From an uncultured delta proteobacterium (lineage in GTDB: Bacteria; Desulfobacterota; Binatia; UBA9968): a stretch of DNA of 64,000 nucleotides. The notes under the pieces were generated by a model. It saw nothing but the letters and a program-made list of their open reading frames with translations, was not told where the DNA came from and did no database searches. The stretch spans positions 416,001 to 480,000 of the forward strand of contig CAVXEP010000029.1 of NCBI GenBank assembly GCA_963760795.1, given 5' to 3'. Each line of letters begins with the position of its first letter. The first letter of the stretch is position 1. The position numbers and the translations under genes are program-made. Positions 39,441-48,716 of the stretch are shown here, piece by piece.

Positions 39441-42110
39441 TTGAGCCAAACCAAAGCCGCGCTGTTTGATGCAGATTACGTTTTGACGTTGGAAGAAATC
39501 GCCGCGTTGGCAGCCGAAGGCGGCAAGCCGGCGGAGACTTTGATGAACGTCGTCGCCCTGATCGCTAAGAGATTCCAGACCGACGTATGTTCGGCGTATT
39601 TACTCGAGCCGGATCGCGCCAACCTGCTCCTGGCCGCCTCGCTTGGACTTCGACCCCAATGTATCGGCACCCTGCGCATGCCGATCCATGAAGGGCTTTC
39701 CGGCCTGGTGGCGGAGGAAGTGCGCCCGATCGCGGTGCAGCAAGTGAGAAACCATCCACGCTTCAAATATTTTAAAGAGGCTGGCGAAGAGGCTTACCAG
39801 TCGTTCCTCGGCGTCCCGCTCGTCGATCGGGGATTTTTGCAAGGCGTCCTGGTCGTCCAAACCATTGAAGATCGTTGTTTTCGAGACGGCGAAATTCGCA
39901 TGATGACCGAGGCCGCCGCGCAGCTTGCGCCGGTGATCTCCGAAGCGCGCACTCTGGCGCGCTTCATCGCGCCGCTTCAGGAGCGGCTGTGGTCCCTGGC
40001 GCGCAATCTCTGGTGGAGTTGGGATCAGGACTCGGTCAACGTGTTCCTCGACCTCGACCCGGCGCGCTGGCGCCAGCTCAATCACAATCCCGTTGCGCTG
40101 CTCGGCGAGATGCCCTTGGCGGGGATCGAGCGCCGCGCCGGAGAACTGGTGCTGCACGGCCGGATCAATTACGCCTACCGGCGCCAGCAGGAATATCTCC
40201 AGGCCGATCGCACCTGGGGGGCAAGCCACGCGGGCGTGTTGCGGCCGCACCCGGTCGCCTATTTTTCCGCCGAATTCGGCTTGCATGAATCGATTCCGGT
40301 TTATTCCGGCGGACTCGGCGTGCTCGCCGGCGATCACATCAAGAGCGCCTCCGATCTCGATATCCCGCTGATCGGCGTCGGCTTATTTTACAGTCACGGT
40401 TATTTTCGCCAGCAGCTCGATCTCAACGGCTGGCAGCAAGAAGTGTATCTCCAAACCGACGTGAACGAACAGCCGATGGAACCGGCGATCGGCGCCAATG
40501 GCGAGCCGGTCACCGTGCAAATCGAGACGCGCGGCAGCGCGATCAAAGCCAAAGTTTGGCGCATGCAAGTCGGCCGCTGCGCCCTGCTGCTGCTTGACTC
40601 AAACGTGGAAGGCAACACGCCGGAAGACTTGCAACTCACAGCGAACCTGTACGGCGGCGACGCGCGTACGCGCATCCGCCATGAGTTGCTCCTCGGCGTC
40701 GGCGGTTTTCGCGCGCTGACAGCGATGGGCATAACGCCCAGCGTGCTGCACATGAACGAGGGCCACAGCGGTTTTGCCGTGCTCGAAGCGATCCGCACAC
40801 GCATGGAGGACGAGGGGCTGAGCTTTGACCAGGCGGTGCCGCGGGTTTCGCGCCAGGTGGTTTTCACGACTCACACCCCGGTGCCGGCGGGTCATGACCG
40901 CTTTAACTCCGACCTGATGGAGGAACATCTCGGACCGCTGCGCGAGCAGCTTGGCTTGTCGCACGATCGTCTGATGGAACTTGGACGGGAAAATCCCGGC
41001 AACTCTTACGAAGAGTTTTGCATGACCGTGCTGGCGCTCAAGCTCTCGCGCCGCGCCAACGCCGTGTCGGCTTTGCACGGCGAAGTGTCGCGCAATATGT
41101 GGACCGGACTCTATCCGGGCAAGCCGGAGGACGCCGTGCCGATCGGCCACATCACCAACGGCGTGCATGTCCCCACCTGGCTGGCGCCGCAAATGTTCCG
41201 TCTCTATGACCGCCACTGTGGCAGCGGCTGGTATCAGCTAAGCGCCGAGGCGCGCACTTGGGAAGCGATCGAATCGGTCGACGACGGGGAGCTTTGGGAA
41301 ACCCACTTGAGCTTGAAGTCGAGGTTGATCGAATTCGTCCGCCACCGCGCCGTCGAACAAGCCGAGCGCCGCGGCGAGCCGCCGCAAACCCTGCGCCGAA
41401 TCGCCCGAGTGCTGAGCCCGGACGCGCTCACCATCGGCTTCGGCCGCCGCTTCGCCACCTACAAGCGGGCTAATCTGTTACTGAAGGACATCGAAATGCT
41501 CGCTTCGATGGTTAACGATCCGAAGCGTCCGGTGCAATTCGTTTTCGCCGGCAAGGCGCACCCGCACGACGAACCCGGCAAGCGGGTGCTGCAGCAGATC
41601 GCCGAGTTGATGCGCAATCCGGAGTTCGCCGAAAAGTTCGTGTTCGTCGAGGACTACGACATCAACGTCGGCCGCCATTTTGTCCAAGGCGTCGATGTTT
41701 GGTTGAACAATCCGCGCCGGCCGTTGGAAGCTTCCGGGACCAGCGGTATGAAAGTGGTTTTGAACGGGGGACTCAACCTCTCCGTCCTCGACGGCTGGTG
41801 GGCCGAAGCTTACGACGGGCAGAATGGTTTCGCCATCGGCACCGGCAAGACCCATACGAACATGGATGTTCACGATACCCGCGACGGCGAAGACTTGTAC
41901 AAGACCTTGCGCGAAGAAGTGATCCCGCTTTACTACCAACGCGACCGCGATGGCCTGCCGCGCGGCTGGATCAAGCGCATGAAGCGAACGATCCGCACCC
42001 TGGGCTGGCGCTTCAACGCCGATCGCATGGTGATGGACTACACGACCAAGTGCTACGTCCCCGCCGCCGGCGGCACGTCGAGCGATATGAGCCCGACGTT
42101 GGGCGGTTGA
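39441..42110 (+). CDS. glgP: Alpha-glucan (glycogen/starch) phosphorylase with N-terminal GAF domain
   Basis: GAF at about aa 15-170, then LARNLWWSW, YFSAEFG, YSGGLGVLAGD, HMNEGH, RRFATYKR and the PLP-lysine motif EASGTSGMK. Confidence 0.95.
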   Translation: MSQTKAALFDADYVLTLEEIAALAAEGGKPAETLMNVVALIAKRFQTDVCSAYLLEPDRANLLLAASLGLRPQCIGTLRMPIHEGLSGLVAEEVRPIAVQQVRNHPRFKYFKEAGEEAYQSFLGVPLVDRGFLQGVLVVQTIEDRCFRDGEIRMMTEAAAQLAPVISEARTLARFIAPLQERLWSLARNLWWSWDQDSVNVFLDLDPARWRQLNHNPVALLGEMPLAGIERRAGELVLHGRINYAYRRQQEYLQADRTWGASHAGVLRPHPVAYFSAEFGLHESIPVYSGGLGVLAGDHIKSASDLDIPLIGVGLFYSHGYFRQQLDLNGWQQEVYLQTDVNEQPMEPAIGANGEPVTVQIETRGSAIKAKVWRMQVGRCALLLLDSNVEGNTPEDLQLTANLYGGDARTRIRHELLLGVGGFRALTAMGITPSVLHMNEGHSGFAVLEAIRTRMEDEGLSFDQAVPRVSRQVVFTTHTPVPAGHDRFNSDLMEEHLGPLREQLGLSHDRLMELGRENPGNSYEEFCMTVLALKLSRRANAVSALHGEVSRNMWTGLYPGKPEDAVPIGHITNGVHVPTWLAPQMFRLYDRHCGSGWYQLSAEARTWEAIESVDDGELWETHLSLKSRLIEFVRHRAVEQAERRGEPPQTLRRIARVLSPDALTIGFGRRFATYKRANLLLKDIEMLASMVNDPKRPVQFVFAGKAHPHDEPGKRVLQQIAELMRNPEFAEKFVFVEDYDINVGRHFVQGVDVWLNNPRRPLEASGTSGMKVVLNGGLNLSVLDGWWAEAYDGQNGFAIGTGKTHTNMDVHDTRDGEDLYKTLREEVIPLYYQRDRDGLPRGWIKRMKRTIRTLGWRFNADRMVMDYTTKCYVPAAGGTSSDMSPTLGG

Positions 42111-42422
42111 GATCTGCGCTTCGCTTATTTGCTTCCTCGTCGTTCTGACCCATCAGGCTAAGGCTCGCTAAGCTTTTCTTGTCATCCTTGCGCTAGCGAA
42201 GGCGCAGCACCCGGGTAAGCGGTATTCGTTCCGTCGATGCCGAATCATTTTCATCTTGTGATCGAGTCGTCACATCATCGAGCAAGGCCCTGGTTGTTCA
42301 TTTTTCGTAAGCGCGCGAGGAGCAAAAGCTATATTTTCAGCGCCGGCACTTTTTATGGAGATTTATAGAGTAGCGTTTGGAGCCGAAAATAGGCTATAGA
42401 AGTGTTTCGCGGATGGTGCAAC

Positions 42423-42683
42423 ATGAAGCTGTCGCTCAATGCCATGATCATCGCCGGCGCGCTGTACAAGACCGCCGTCTTTCTTTTTATCTCGCTGATG
42501 AATCTCATCTTGCGTCCTTACGGCGGCGCCTACCTGGCGATGTTAACCTCGCTCTACCCCGGATATGACCCAGTCAACGTGCCGATTGCCCTAATCGTCG
42601 GCACACTCTATTCATTACTTGCAGGAGGGCTCGCCGGTCTTTTGTTCGGCTGGCTTTACAATCTCTTCACAGCGAGACGCTGA
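42423..42683 (+). CDS. Small hypothetical membrane protein
   Basis: Two to three hydrophobic segments with YGGAYL..SLYPGY and GLLFGWLYN. Confidence 0.65.
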   Translation: MKLSLNAMIIAGALYKTAVFLFISLMNLILRPYGGAYLAMLTSLYPGYDPVNVPIALIVGTLYSLLAGGLAGLLFGWLYNLFTARR

Positions 42684-42719
42684 GACTCAAATTCACGATA
42701 ATTCGCTTTCAACTCTCCC

Positions 42720-43111
42720 CTTGCCGAAGGCGCAGGCCGCGGTAAAGGAAAGCGGGCGGAAATCGTTCTGGACCAATTGCCAGGAAATCGACGCCAATGG
42801 TCCAGCGAAAAGAATGGATCTGGGGCAGCGAGTTTACGCTCGTCGAACCTTCCGCTCTGGTTTTTTATAGCAGGGCCGTGCGCGGCGGATTTCCCATGAA
42901 TGAGCTCATCGCCACCTGCCATGACTTGATGAAGCGGCCAACGACTCGGAATAATGTCGACGCCGAGCAGAACGTTTCGCGATCAAATCTTCACTCAGTT
43001 GAGACTCTTGAATCGTGGACGTTGAAGCCAAGCACACCGATGATCAACTGGATTCACCTGGTGCAGGTGTGAGCGAGACAACAAAATAACTCAATACTCA
43101 GGCCTAACCCT
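42720..43111 (+). pseudogene. 3'-end remnant of the beta-class-like GST plus its downstream flank
   Basis: AQAAVKESGRKSFWTNCQEIDA, frameshift, then EWIWGSEFTLVEPSALVFY..FPMNEL..MKRPT. Homologous to the fragments at 29101 and 34773. Confidence 0.75.
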
Positions 43112-43482
43112 CATGCTTGTGCATAAATTAGAAGAGATTGGTCTTGTGGTCTTCGATACATGTTTTAGCGAATTCGATCGCTTCTCGTTCAGCGGGCAGG
43201 AAGGATGACTCAGGGCAAAACGTTCAGTCTCGTCCTAGGAATTGCGCGCCCTGTTTCTCATAAACGCGATGCAACCCACGCCGCGTGCCTGGAAATGTCA
43301 GCGGTCCGCGAGGGCTTTGTTTCGTTTCATCCCTGGGACATTTAATCGGCTTTTGGGTCATATCCAAAACACTTGGTCATCTTACGGGGACATAAGGTTG
43401 GTACGTTCGTTGCTTTATATAGCGCACAGCGACTGCTGCAGGGTGCAAGTAACTATACGTGAATTAATTTGCAAGGGGAGTC

Positions 43483-43866
43483 ATGCAACTAAAAGAATTT
43501 ATCAATTTCCCGAAAACAGATGATCCGGAGAAAAAAACGAGCATGGGTGGCGCGTTGGCGGCCGAAACCCGCATCACAGGTTTATTCGGAGACCCGGAGC
43601 AAGCCGCAGAAGCGGTCGTACAGTTGAAAGGTGCGGGCTTTGCCGACGATAGGATTGCCGTCGCCATGCAAGACAGCGCGGCTCAGAAGAACTTTATCGC
43701 CGAAACCAAAGTGCACACGGCAGCTTCGGATGAGATTCCCAGCATTCCGGAACTCGAGGCCGGGCAGGTGCTGCTTTTGGTCGAGGCCGCCGATCAGGCT
43801 GCGCTGGCATTGGAAATCATCAATCGCAATCGAGGTGTCACCGGCGGCGTGCGCATGTCTACTTAA
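43483..43866 (+). CDS. Hypothetical general-stress (YflT-like) protein
   Basis: ITGLF..EQAAEAV.QL..AGF.DDRIAV and GQVLLLV. GGGGAG RBS. Confidence 0.6.
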   Translation: MQLKEFINFPKTDDPEKKTSMGGALAAETRITGLFGDPEQAAEAVVQLKGAGFADDRIAVAMQDSAAQKNFIAETKVHTAASDEIPSIPELEAGQVLLLVEAADQAALALEIINRNRGVTGGVRMST

Positions 43867-44001
43867 CCGTCGCGAGTTTGGGTTGGCCTCGCCCAAACTG
43901 GTAGCCAACATTTGCTTACGGCGCCATTTGGGTTTTAATTAATGGACCGTATACATAACAGCTGTAAGTATGAATTTGAATTCGATGGGAGAAAGTGGCG
44001 C

Positions 44002-44355
44002 ATGCAACAACGAATTCTCTTCGCAGAGGATGAGCCAATCAGCCGCAAACTTATCAGCATGTTTTTGCGTCGAGAGGGATATGAGGTCGATGAGGCGAAA
44101 GATGGCGCTGAGGCTCTCGATCTTCTGAATAACTTTCGATTTGATCTGTTGATTTCAGATATTCGTCTGCCCCGCGTTGATGGTATTGCGCTCATTCTGC
44201 GCCTACGTTTCATCTCCCCAGACACCCCCTTTATTGTTCTAACCTCTTACCCTAACGACGCTCTTGACGTTTCCAAAATGCCGAAATCTTTAATCATCGG
44301 CAAGCCGGTCATATTCGAGAATTTAAAATCAAATATTCAGCGGCTGCTTAACTGA
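44002..44355 (+). CDS. Single-domain response regulator (receiver)
   Basis: ILFAEDE, DLLISDIRLP..DG, VLTS and KP. Confidence 0.9.
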   Translation: MQQRILFAEDEPISRKLISMFLRREGYEVDEAKDGAEALDLLNNFRFDLLISDIRLPRVDGIALILRLRFISPDTPFIVLTSYPNDALDVSKMPKSLIIGKPVIFENLKSNIQRLLN

Positions 44356-44425
44356 ACGGCACGATAGCACCGGCGCGCCCTAAGTTTTCTATAAGATTCC
44401 ATTCATCACCTCTGTTACAAAAGAT

Positions 44426-45556
44426 ATGCGTTTGTCAGAATTCATTCTCCTAAACCTCGAGCAGATTCTCACGGAATGGGAATCCTTTGCCGCCACCGTC
44501 TTACCAAACTCAAAATTCACCAAAATCGTACTACGAAATGCAGCGGAAAAAATCCTGACGGCGATTGCGAAGGATATGGAAACTGCGCAATCTGCATCGG
44601 AGCAGGCAGAAAAATCCACAGGTCGCGGCCGACGTCCACAGGAGGACAGCGCTGCGGAATACCATGCTGCTGAGCGGCTCGACTTGGGCTTCAACCACGC
44701 CCAACTATTGTCGGAATTTCGGGCTCTTCGGGCGACTGTGATTCGGCTATGGATAGAAAGTTCACCTGACTTGGGGGACACTTCTAACGTTGACCAATTA
44801 ATCAGGTTCAATGAAGGGATTGATCAGGCGCTTAGCGAATCGACTGTTCGATTCATGCAAGAAATAGACGCGTCCCGGGATTTAGCCCTTGCTGTCATGG
44901 CGCACGATCTGCGAAATCCACTCAACGCGATCGTGTCGTCGGCGCAGATACTTCAAAGAGCTGGTTTCGATAAGGGTGCTGTCGAGGAGCTTGCCGCTAA
45001 TATGGTTCATAGTGGCATGCGTATGAGCAAGTTGATTGATAACTTGCTCGACTTTACGCGGGCCCGTTTTGGACTGCCTTTGATTGTCAAACGGGAGTTA
45101 ATAGACTTTACCCCAGTTTGTCAGCACACAGTCGCGGAATTTGTAGCGGCCTATCCAGAGCGTACCATCCGTTCAGATTGCGGCGCGGGTCTTCACGGCG
45201 CTATGGATTACATACGCATAAGCCAGATGCTTGCAAATCTTGTTTCCAACGCAATACAGCATGGTGACCCGACATCCCCCGTGAGCATTGATGCATACGG
45301 GGAATCGAAGGAAATTGTCATAACAGTACACAATAATGGCGTCCCGATCCCTCAATCCGACCTTCAGACAATTTTCGATCCTTTCTCTAGTGCCGCCAAG
45401 CAAGAAAAATACACTAGGCATTTCGGTCTTGGGCTGTTCGTTGCTCGTGAGATTGTCGAAGCGCATGCGGGAAAAATCAGCGTAACCTCCACAGCGGAAG
45501 ACGGAACGAAATTCGTGGTACGTCTGCCTCGGGACACAACCCCCGAGCAAGCTTAA
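44426..45556 (+). CDS. Cytoplasmic sensor histidine kinase with RsbRD_N-like N-terminal domain
   Basis: MRLSEFI..EQILTEWE..HA.ER...GF, H-box AHDLRNPL, N-box NLVSNAIQH and G-box GLGLF. Confidence 0.9.
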   Translation: MRLSEFILLNLEQILTEWESFAATVLPNSKFTKIVLRNAAEKILTAIAKDMETAQSASEQAEKSTGRGRRPQEDSAAEYHAAERLDLGFNHAQLLSEFRALRATVIRLWIESSPDLGDTSNVDQLIRFNEGIDQALSESTVRFMQEIDASRDLALAVMAHDLRNPLNAIVSSAQILQRAGFDKGAVEELAANMVHSGMRMSKLIDNLLDFTRARFGLPLIVKRELIDFTPVCQHTVAEFVAAYPERTIRSDCGAGLHGAMDYIRISQMLANLVSNAIQHGDPTSPVSIDAYGESKEIVITVHNNGVPIPQSDLQTIFDPFSSAAKQEKYTRHFGLGLFVAREIVEAHAGKISVTSTAEDGTKFVVRLPRDTTPEQA

Positions 45557-45687
45557 ACTTCAGCTCGAGGTATGCGGACTCCTCGTTGGAAGGACCCAGA
45601 AATTCTTTTACGCTGCCAACTTTCCAACCCTTCTCCTCCAAACGTGTTTTCTTTTGCTTACGCATGGTCATAATCCTTCAATCGCTT
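45537..45687 (-). pseudogene. Remnant of a type II toxin-antitoxin pair (RelE/HigB 3' tip plus HigA-like XRE antitoxin 5' part)
   Basis: KRLKDYDHA* overlaps ATG 45665 of MRKQKKTRLEEKGWKVGSVKEFLGPSNEESAYLELKFKLARGL, which breaks off before any HTH. Confidence 0.6.
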
Positions 45688-45813
45688 TTCTCACCACAAT
45701 AGCCTTCCCATTGCGGCGAAATGTTACATTCCGGTGACAATTTGTTTTTTGAAGCATGCGCGCCTTGATACCGCGCCTATCAATGTTAGTTTGAAGTATA
45801 CGGTTATGCTTTT

Positions 45814-46173
45814 ATGTCACGCGTGAAGACAATATTATTGGCGGCGTTGGTTTTGTTGAGCCTCGAATTCCTCGCGCCGAGCTTTTTCACCAATAGGGTT
45901 TTCTACCGGAGCGCGCAGCCTATTCCGGCTCAGCGACAGGCAGCCTCGCGCGACGATGCCGGAGCCGCTAGAATAGACATCCCGGCAACAACGGCCGCTC
46001 AATTCGCCTTTGAAATGTATGGCGAACTAACGCCGCGCTCGGCAGGTTTTTTTACCGCGAAAGAAAATCCCGGCGTTCCGCCGCGACGCGTCATCGTCGT
46101 CCGACAATTGTTCACAATGATTTTTGCCCCTAAAGTTTCTCGCCACATTTCGAAATCCGTTCTCAATATCTAA
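45814..46173 (+). CDS. Hypothetical protein with N-terminal signal/TM segment
   Basis: 119-aa ORF with hydrophobic N-terminus, ending FAPKVSRHISKSVLNI. Confidence 0.5.
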   Translation: MSRVKTILLAALVLLSLEFLAPSFFTNRVFYRSAQPIPAQRQAASRDDAGAARIDIPATTAAQFAFEMYGELTPRSAGFFTAKENPGVPPRRVIVVRQLFTMIFAPKVSRHISKSVLNI

Positions 46174-46262
46174 TTTCACCGGTTCCATCCAGACCGTCTG
46201 GTTCCTCAAATCATCGGCTGTAATCGAATTGGATAGTTGTTTCTTAAGTCAATTAGGAGGTT

Positions 46263-46797
46263 ATGTTTATGCATGAAGTTCAAAAAATTCTTATTCCAGT
46301 CAACTTTTCAGAAGATTTGCGCTAACGGACTCAAATACGCGGTCTCCTTGGCCAAGGAAACGCAAGCTGAACTCGTAGTGTTGCACGTCGCGCAAAAGAA
46401 GGAGGCGGAATCCTTCTTGGACTTACTGGCCGTCTTGGAAGGATCGCCCGCGTTGAATCGTCCGGCCGGGATTCCCGTCGATCGCTTGTTGCGCGAGAAA
46501 GCATTGGATCTTTATCGTTTTATCGAGGACGTTGTTAGAACCCCCGGCCGGCTGAAAATCGCTAGAAAAGTAGTCCTCGGCGACAAAGAGGAAAAGATTC
46601 TGGAAATCGTCAATGCCGAGAGTATCGATCTGGTAGTGCTTCCGGTTCAAAAGAAACTCTTCTTTGCTCAAATGTTGGCACAAGGAAAGCTGCTGAAAAT
46701 GATCGCGAGATTACCCTGCCCCGTGCTCCTTAAGCTGCCGATTTTCGAACCCTGGCCGCACTATGGAATATTCCGGCGCTCGGCTTTCGCTCGGTAG
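46263..46797 (+). CDS. Universal stress protein (UspA family), with an apparent +1 frameshift at TTT 46316-46318
   Basis: AGGAGG RBS, MFMHEVQKILIPVNFSED, then CANGLKYAVSLA..LVVLHV..IDLVVL..PCPVL. Confidence 0.82.
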
Positions 46798-46959
46798 TGA
46801 GCGCCGTCGACGGACAGGCAGAGATGCAAGCGCGATCGCCAGACTGCTCAAGGAATTCATAAAGCACTGTATGACGCGCGCCTCTGGGAAAGGGTATTGG
46901 GGTCGAGCCAGTGTATTGACTTATTTCACGTTGGCATCGTTGGACAAGTGTTCTCCACC

Positions 46960-47043
46960 TCACGACCCAGCATCCAACTCAGGGTAGTGGCGAAAGATCC
47001 CTTGCTGATTGAAAGGGAAGCGCCGGTCGGACGCGAGAGGCGC
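46960..47043 (-). pseudogene. Displaced 3'-tip copy of GST gene 47707-48423
   Basis: 84 nt, ungapped, about 11 mismatches versus 47707-47790. Reads LASDRRFPFNQQGIFRHYPELDAGS*. Confidence 0.85.
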
Positions 47044-47102
47044 ACCAGCAAACGTCTGGATTGCCGCCAGTTAGTGTTCCTAACTATCGGTCCACCGGCT
47101 TT

Positions 47103-47531
47103 TTACTTGAGCGCTTTCCTCAAGAGGCTGACCGCGCTATCCGCGTCCGCCGCGCTGTCGAAAGCCAAGTAACTTACGGAGCGCCGCCCCAGCGCCGCCG
47201 CCGAAAGACCACGCAAGTTGATCCCAGCGTCGGCGATGGCTTTGGTCATTTTTGCGCCGAGTCCCGCTTTGTCGGGGCCGTCAACCCGCACCGAATGGAG
47301 GCTATCGGTGGTGGCGAAGCCTGTCCCTTGGGCCGCGCTTTTCTGTTTTGCTCCTTTGATTGGAGTGACGAAAACAACCCCTGAGCCAGGTTTGTCGGCG
47401 GCGCGGCGCGCGATTAGAAACTCAAGACTTGCGCCGGCATTACTTAAGGATTGTATCTTCTCGGCCAGCCCTCCCGGACGATCGGCGATTTCGCCTGCCC
47501 AAACGTCGACTTTCTTTACGCTATACGCCAT
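47103..47531 (-). CDS. ACT domain-containing protein (two ACT repeats)
   Basis: DRPGGLA...L..AGASLEF and DKAGLGA.....IADAGINL. AGGAGG RBS. Confidence 0.85.
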   Translation of the reverse strand: MAYSVKKVDVWAGEIADRPGGLAEKIQSLSNAGASLEFLIARRAADKPGSGVVFVTPIKGAKQKSAAQGTGFATTDSLHSVRVDGPDKAGLGAKMTKAIADAGINLRGLSAAALGRRSVSYLAFDSAADADSAVSLLRKALK

Positions 47532-47706
47532 GGTCATTCCTCCTTACTGTTTGGAATTAAGACGTAAAGCCGGTCGTAATACATTCGCGCGCCGGTCGTC
47601 AAGCCCAATTTGTCGCCCTGTTGGTCCTTAACTCTGTTGGCTAGCGACTCGGGGTACGAAGGCGGGTATTTTTCTTAAATCCACCTGTTGCCTTTCGCCT
47701 CTTACC

Positions 47707-48423
47707 TCACGACCGATCATCCAGCTCAGGATAGTGGCGAAAGATCCCTTCCTGATTGAAGGGCAAGCGCCGCTCGGAGGCGAGATACGCGGCGAGCCGG
47801 GGGCGCGCCGCGACTCGGTCGTGCAGCGCGATCACTCGGCGCTGTTTGCGTTCCTGCTTGGTCATCGCGCGGGGAAAGGCGTAGCGCAGCCCTTCGATCA
47901 TCTGGAACAGCGACAGATCGACGTAGGAAACCTTATTGCCGATAAGGACGCGGCCACCGTTGCGCGCCAAGACCTGCTCGAAGTAATTCAAAAACTTCGG
48001 CAGACGCTCGGCTGTGAAAATCACTGCGCGGCGCTTGGATTCACGCTTTTGATCTTCGTAATACAGACTACCTGCGATCGGATGATGGCTGTCATGAACC
48101 TCGCCGACCCAATCGGCGATGGTGAGTTGTAATTGATGGGCCCAAAGCCGGCCCGCGTCTGGTTTCGGCGCGAGGCCGAGGCGCGGGCCGAGGAAGAATA
48201 GAATGTTGGCGGTCTGGGCGATGACCACATTCCCGGCTTTTAAAAACGGCGGCGCGAACGGCGGCCGCTTGACCGACCGGCTGTCCATAAAGCGCGACAT
48301 CGCCGCCATCCCGCGCGGCCGGCGCGCGACTTCGAGGTAATCCGCGCCGGCGTCTTCCAAGGCGAGCCGGACGAATTCTCCGCGGCCCTGTATGCCGGGC
48401 CAATAATACAATTCGTAGCGCAT
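47707..48423 (-). CDS. Glutathione S-transferase
   Basis: YELYYWPGIQGRGEFVRLALE, PFAPPFL, IAQTANIL and SYVDLSLFQ. Confidence 0.93.
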   Translation of the reverse strand: MRYELYYWPGIQGRGEFVRLALEDAGADYLEVARRPRGMAAMSRFMDSRSVKRPPFAPPFLKAGNVVIAQTANILFFLGPRLGLAPKPDAGRLWAHQLQLTIADWVGEVHDSHHPIAGSLYYEDQKRESKRRAVIFTAERLPKFLNYFEQVLARNGGRVLIGNKVSYVDLSLFQMIEGLRYAFPRAMTKQERKQRRVIALHDRVAARPRLAAYLASERRLPFNQEGIFRHYPELDDRS

Positions 48424-48475
48424 GATTTATCTCCGGGGCAATCTCGTCTAGCGACTGCTGAAAAAATCTGTCGGA

Positions 48476-48585
48476 GTCCTTTGACGTTGCTCAAAACCGG
48501 CCCTGAGTTATCGAAGGGACGAACGGAGGGGTTTTGATATCATCGAGGATTTTCCGTTCTGCTGAGCCCCGCGAAGCGTTCCGCA
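48476..48585. repeat. REP-like inverted element
   Basis: CCTTTGACGTTGCTC..CCCTGAGTTATCGAAGGGACGAACGG ... CCGTTCTGCTGAGCCCCGCGAAGC. Confidence 0.5.
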
Positions 48586-48716
48586 CCATTGCAGCAGCCG
48601 GCTATTCCCGACCGGAAAGACACTCAAGAAGCGGACGCTCCGCAAGATCGTCTATAGCCCGGAGAACCTGCGCGGACTATCGTCGAAACTCCGGTTTTAC
48701 TTCTCCTCAATGCAAG

